A stretch of DNA of 42,723 bases from positions 1-42,723 of the forward strand of contig JABLTG010000166.1 in assembly GCA_016618085.1 (NCBI GenBank), written 5' to 3'. The notes beneath the pieces were generated by a model that saw only the letters and a list, made by a program, of their open reading frames with translations, was not told the origin of the DNA and did not search any database. Each line of letters opens with the position of its first letter. The stretch's first letter is position 1. Positions 38,010 through 42,723 of this stretch are shown here, piece after piece. The DNA comes from Neovahlkampfia damariscottae. Taxonomy: Eukaryota. A program made the position numbers and the translations under genes.

Positions 38010-39116
38010 CTATAAATTTTTTGGAACAATTATTTGGATATGTTGAGGTAATATTTTGAAATTAGCTGGTAATTGACCATGCAGTTCACCATCACATTCA
38101 ATGGAAACATCTCCTTCACATTTGGTAATGTTCATTTCTGTGCATTGAGATGAACTCATTTTTGGATTTAGTAGATGATCACCAGTATATATACTATTAG
38201 ATAAATCTATAATCTCCATTTTATTCACATCATCTCCTAAAATGATTTCAAAAAGTCCATCATTCAAATAAGCCTTTGGAGCCACATGCATCCCAGAACC
38301 GAAATATTCACCATTGCTTATTGATGCTAAATACAATTTCATATCTTTATCTTTCACAATTTCTTTGTCATTTTTTTTCAATGAATATTTTATGTTTGCA
38401 TTTTTGTAAGTGAAAAATGATGTAAAAACACTATGGAAGAAATACGTGAAATCTGAATTGATTAGAACTGAAGAATTATTAACAGCTTTCATTATAGCTC
38501 CACTGACACCAAATGATGATTCATTTAAGAAATATCTGGATTTCATTTCATTCATCCCTTTGAAAGTAGATGTGACATTTCCAATGTCACAATCAATACA
38601 ATAACCTTCTTTGAGCGTGTTCAATTGTTCCAAGTGAGAAATAGAATACATATTGATTGATTTAGAAAAATCTCCACCTCTTCCTAATGGTAAAAATCCA
38701 AGTATTGGTTTTTTATTTGAATTCAAAATACCATTGAGCACTTCATTATTGGTTCCATCTCCTCCAACACTTTTTTTTTTAATTTTTTATTAGTTTTAAT
38801 ATTACCTAATGATGACTTCAAAACCATTATTTGAGAAGTTTTTTGCAATGAGATTTGCTTCGTTCGGACCTTGAGTTTTTTCAATTATAATTTTCATGTT
38901 ATCCCATTTATTCAATAATGGTTGGATCTCTTTTTCAAATATCTTTCCACAACTTCCTTTTCCTGCGTTTGGATTTACTACAAAGGCGATTGAAGAAAAA
39001 TTTTTTTTTGTTGGTTTCGTTTTGCTTCCGTTAAACTTGAAAGTCTTGTTTTTACTTTGATAATATTTGAAAGTAATCAAAAGTAACAGCAAAATCGTCA
39101 AAATAATCCAAATCAT
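38010..39116 (-). CDS. DAGK-catalytic-family lipid kinase (YegS/sphingosine kinase-like) with N-terminal TM anchor
   Basis: VVNPNAGKG, VGGDGTNNEVLNG, LPLGRGGDF, NGEYFGSG, CDGE. One intron near 38771-38805. Confidence 0.9.
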
Positions 39117-39599
39117 TGCAACCCTCAAGTTCAATTCCCACGTCTTCTATTTTTGTAGAAATTAATATGATTGGATAAAATTAAATAAAGAGTAGAACAG
39201 TGGCGCATGTGATCAATGAAAGTTGCTAGAATATTCAAGAAAAAAAGAAAATGAAAAATTTTCAACCAATTATTGTTTGTCATTGATCAAAACTTGAATT
39301 CAGTAGCAAGGAAAAACGATCTGAACTGAGAAGAAAAGAATCTCTAGCAGTTTTTATTCAAAGGAAAGATTCAAACCATACCTGTATCACCTTCTGATCC
39401 AAGTGAAATAGATTTATTCACAGATGATGATTTAAAATCTTCTTTGGAAATTTCAAAATCTATTGAATTATTGAACTCTGATTTGAAAACTGAAGCATCA
39501 AAACAAATACAAATTACTATTTTAAAGAGGGTACCAGAAACAAATTTACATCAGGTATGTTGTTTTATACCAAAAAAATAGCCATAATTTTGATCAAGG

Positions 39600-41710
39600 G
39601 GAATAGTTTACGGGTTTGGTCTGAATTCTTATGGACAGTTGGGAACAGGCTCAACATATCCTTCTTCATTCAATTATCCTTTTCCAATGAAAGAGCAGAA
39701 TTATGGGATTGTTGATAGTTATTGGTAGGTCATCAGCGCTAATTCTTACTTGTTTTGGGAAAACTAATTCATATTCTACAATTTGCAATGAAAAAGGTGT
39801 TTGTGTGGCTCATGATTCTTGTAAATGTGAAACAAATTATTTTGGATCTAATTGTGAATATCATACTTGTTTTGGATCAATTCAACTGATTCTACTGTTT
39901 GTTCAGGAAATGGAACTTGTTCTGCTGGAGATAATTGCCAACGTAAATCAGGGTTTGGTGGAAATCAATGTCAATAATACAAATGCTATGGAAAAACTTC
40001 AAACATTGCTAGTGTTTGTTCTGGAAACGGAAAATGTGTTTTCTCAGATAAACGCTTGTGTAATTCAGGAGATTCAGGAGATCAATGCGAATTTACTACT
40101 TGTTTTGGAGTTAATTCAACCGATTCAAATGTTTGTTCAGGAAATGGTACTTGTATTTCACATGATAGCTGTACATGCGCACATGGATATATCGGACAAG
40201 ATTGCTCACAATTAAATTAAAATTTCCACTGTTTCGGAAAATATGCTTACGATAAAAATGCCTACTCTGGAAGAGGAAAATGTATTTCCTCCAATTCATG
40301 CTCATGTACTTCTGTATTTGATGGACTCAACTGTGAAATTGCCATCAATAACTTAGAATACAATAATGTCTATGGATTTGGCAGTAATACGGTAAAAATA
40401 AAAAAGGAAAACTAACTCTTCTATAGTTTGGTGAACTTGGAGACCGAACTAAAACTTCGAAAAGCACCCCTACATTGATGTCAAAAGAAAATCATTTGAT
40501 CTCAAAAATTTACAAAGGAAGTCAAGTTAGTTTTGTGTTGAAAAACTTTTCAAAAGCATTTGGAATGGGTGAAAACAATAGAGGAGAAATAGGAGATGCA
40601 GTTCCAAGAAGTGATTTGAATCCAACAGGTTTTACTGAAAATACAGATATCTAATCAATTTCTGTTGGTTATCAACACACCTTATTGTAAAAAATAATGG
40701 AAATGCTTATTCAACAGGAAATAATAGTTTTGGGAAATTAGCTCTTGGATCAGGTGCAATATCATTGAAATCATTTCATTTGATCACCCATTCAGTTGTT
40801 CATGTTGTTGCTGGTTATCAACACTCATTGATCACCACAAAAAACTCTTCAATATTTTCATTTGGTAACAACATTTACTGACAATTGGATTGGTGATACA
40901 AGTACAAGAAATTTGCCAGAAATCATACTAACTATTTCAAATGCCAGCCAAATTTGTGTAGGTTTGGGTCACACAATGGTTCTTCTTCAAAATGGAACCG
41001 TTTTCAGTTTTGGATTCAATGCAGAGGGAAAATTAGGTGATGGAAATAACACAAATCAAAACTCTCCAGTTCCACTTGCTTCAGAAAATTGGGGAATCAT
41101 TTCAATTGCTGCCGGACAATATCATTCAATGATATTAAAATCAAACGGAATGGTATACACGTATGTATTTAATGCATGTTTTAATCTTGGGGATGGAACT
41201 AAAACTGCCAGGTACTTGCCTACATTGGTGAAAAATGAAAATTCTAATATTATCAAAATTGCTGCATGAAACTATCATTCATTGATGCTTAAAGAAAATG
41301 GGAAAACTATATGGATTTGGAGCCAATTTCAAAGGTGAAATGGGCACTGGATCAACCACACCATCATATTATTCATCTCCAACATTGGTTGCTGGTTCAA
41401 TGGGTGAGAATCTAATTTTACTTGTTTTGGAAAAACTATCCAAAATGATTCAATTTGTTCTGGATTTGGAATTTGTATCAATAAGAATGTATGTCAATGT
41501 GATTATACCCATTTTGGAACCGAATGTAGTTCATTAAAACCAAGAGCAAGCACAAAGCCAACACTTTCATCATTTTTTGAACCAAAACCATCACAAAGCA
41601 CAGAACCAATTCTTTCAAAAGCACCAATGGAATCGAAAAATACTTCTTCAGCATCAAAAAATTTTGTTTCAGCTTTTGTCTTTCTATTGGTCGTCATATT
41701 TATTTAATAA
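39600..41710 (+). pseudogene. Decayed RCC1-repeat/EGF-repeat surface protein gene
   Basis: YGFGLNSYGQLG-type RCC1 repeats and CSGNGTC EGF repeats are broken by in-frame stops (39975, 40218, 40652, 40688, 41267) and frameshifts. Confidence 0.8.
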
Positions 41711-41762
41711 AATGTTTATTTATGTTAACTCTTCATATTCTATTGAAAGCACTCAAAGAGAT

Positions 41763-42533
41763 TCATTGTAAATTTGGGTTAATTTTTTTAATTCCTCTCA
41801 AATCTTTATGAACCTTTAAGGCATAGTCAAAAGCTGGATACTTTTTCAATATTTCCCTGACTTTTCTGAAATTCTCTTGTTCTTCAATTTTTTTTTCTGA
41901 AATAAAAATATCATCCATTGATGGAGGACATGTTATGATATACATTAAAGACGCAAATGTGATATCAGCTGCTGAATAATTTTCAGTTTCTAATAAATTC
42001 TTTCTTCCATCAGAGAGCATTTCAGAAAGTTTTTCTAATGCAGCACAAACTCTTTCCATTGATTTTTCTGAAGGTTTTTCATAAATATTCATTGATTTCT
42101 TCATCATAGGTGTAAAAACAGGTTTAAACAACATTTTCAAAATGAATAGTTGAAATTTCGAAATATTTTTCATTATGATGCTATCTAAGATTTCAGGACA
42201 TTGAAAAGCTTGATAATAACAAACTCTTCTTAAATGAATTCCAATTTCTTTGTCAATATATTCTTCTAAAGCTCTGGTTTCTTTATAATTTGGATATAAC
42301 CATGTATTTCCTTTGTCATATAAAAATTTCAAAATATCACCAGAGTCATGAATAATTTTCTTATCATCTGTTATTAATAAAGGAGCACTTGTTCCATTTC
42401 CATTTGAATGGTATAAAGTGGAGAACATGTGAACTACTGGTGGATAATCATATTCAATGTAATCCTCTTTACAAACATCAAGAGCTAGTCTTGCCTTTTC
42501 ACAAAAATGTGAATACGGCCAATGAATTGATGG
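41763..42533 (-). CDS. Glutathione S-transferase-like protein; start codon not identified
   Basis: PYSHFCEKARLALD, SAPLL, DSGDIL, SAADITFASL. The frame is open from 42533 but the first ATG (42428) lies downstream of the N-terminal motif. Confidence 0.8.
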   Translation of the reverse strand, partial: PSIHWPYSHFCEKARLALDVCKEDYIEYDYPPVVHMFSTLYHSNGNGTSAPLLITDDKKIIHDSGDILKFLYDKGNTWLYPNYKETRALEEYIDKEIGIHLRRVCYYQAFQCPEILDSIIMKNISKFQLFILKMLFKPVFTPMMKKSMNIYEKPSEKSMERVCAALEKLSEMLSDGRKNLLETENYSAADITFASLMYIITCPPSMDDIFISEKKIEEQENFRKVREILKKYPAFDYALKVHKDLRGIKKINPNLQ

Positions 42534-42723
42534 TTATTGTGATAAAAGTGACCAATTAGATTTAATTTTGCCAGTTATTTTTACTTGAAGTTGTTCAAGT
42601 TGAACAAAAAAGACCTTTTGTTCAACTAGAAAATACTGAAAAAGATCTCAAGTATTTAAAATGTCCAAACAGCTCAAATTGGATTCATTTTGGAAAGAAA
42701 AAAATGTTACTTCAACATCAACA

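Noticed and set aside
39960..41270. In-frame TAA/TGA codons as evidence of a reassigned genetic code
   Set aside because: Conserved genes in the window end in TAA/TAG/TGA normally, and this locus also has frameshifts, so pseudogenisation is simpler.

Overview
AT-rich, very gene-dense eukaryotic DNA using the standard code, with many tiny (about 29-48 nt) GT-AG introns. The style suggests a free-living protist, possibly a Naegleria-like heterolobosean (inference only). Housekeeping genes: RPL10, mitochondrial HSP60, eRF3, CCT3, MCU, RPS19, SEC13, PCNA, LSM2, Fe/Mn-SOD and a PRP40/TCERG1-like WW-FF protein. Main points of interest: (1) a single spliced gene joining an atypical kinase, about 29 26-aa LRRs (mostly one 78-nt phase-1 exon each) and a C-terminal Rab32/38-like GTPase; (2) two dispersed 5S rRNA genes, one split in box C by a 234-bp solo-LTR-like insertion with a 5-bp target duplication, both sharing an upstream motif at -36; (3) an RGS-DEP-AIFM2/FSP1-like oxidoreductase fusion; (4) two very basic Cys-rich repeat proteins; (5) micro-exons building the MCU selectivity filter; (6) a decayed RCC1/EGF pseudogene. 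Exon boundaries were parsed by eye and need RNA confirmation.
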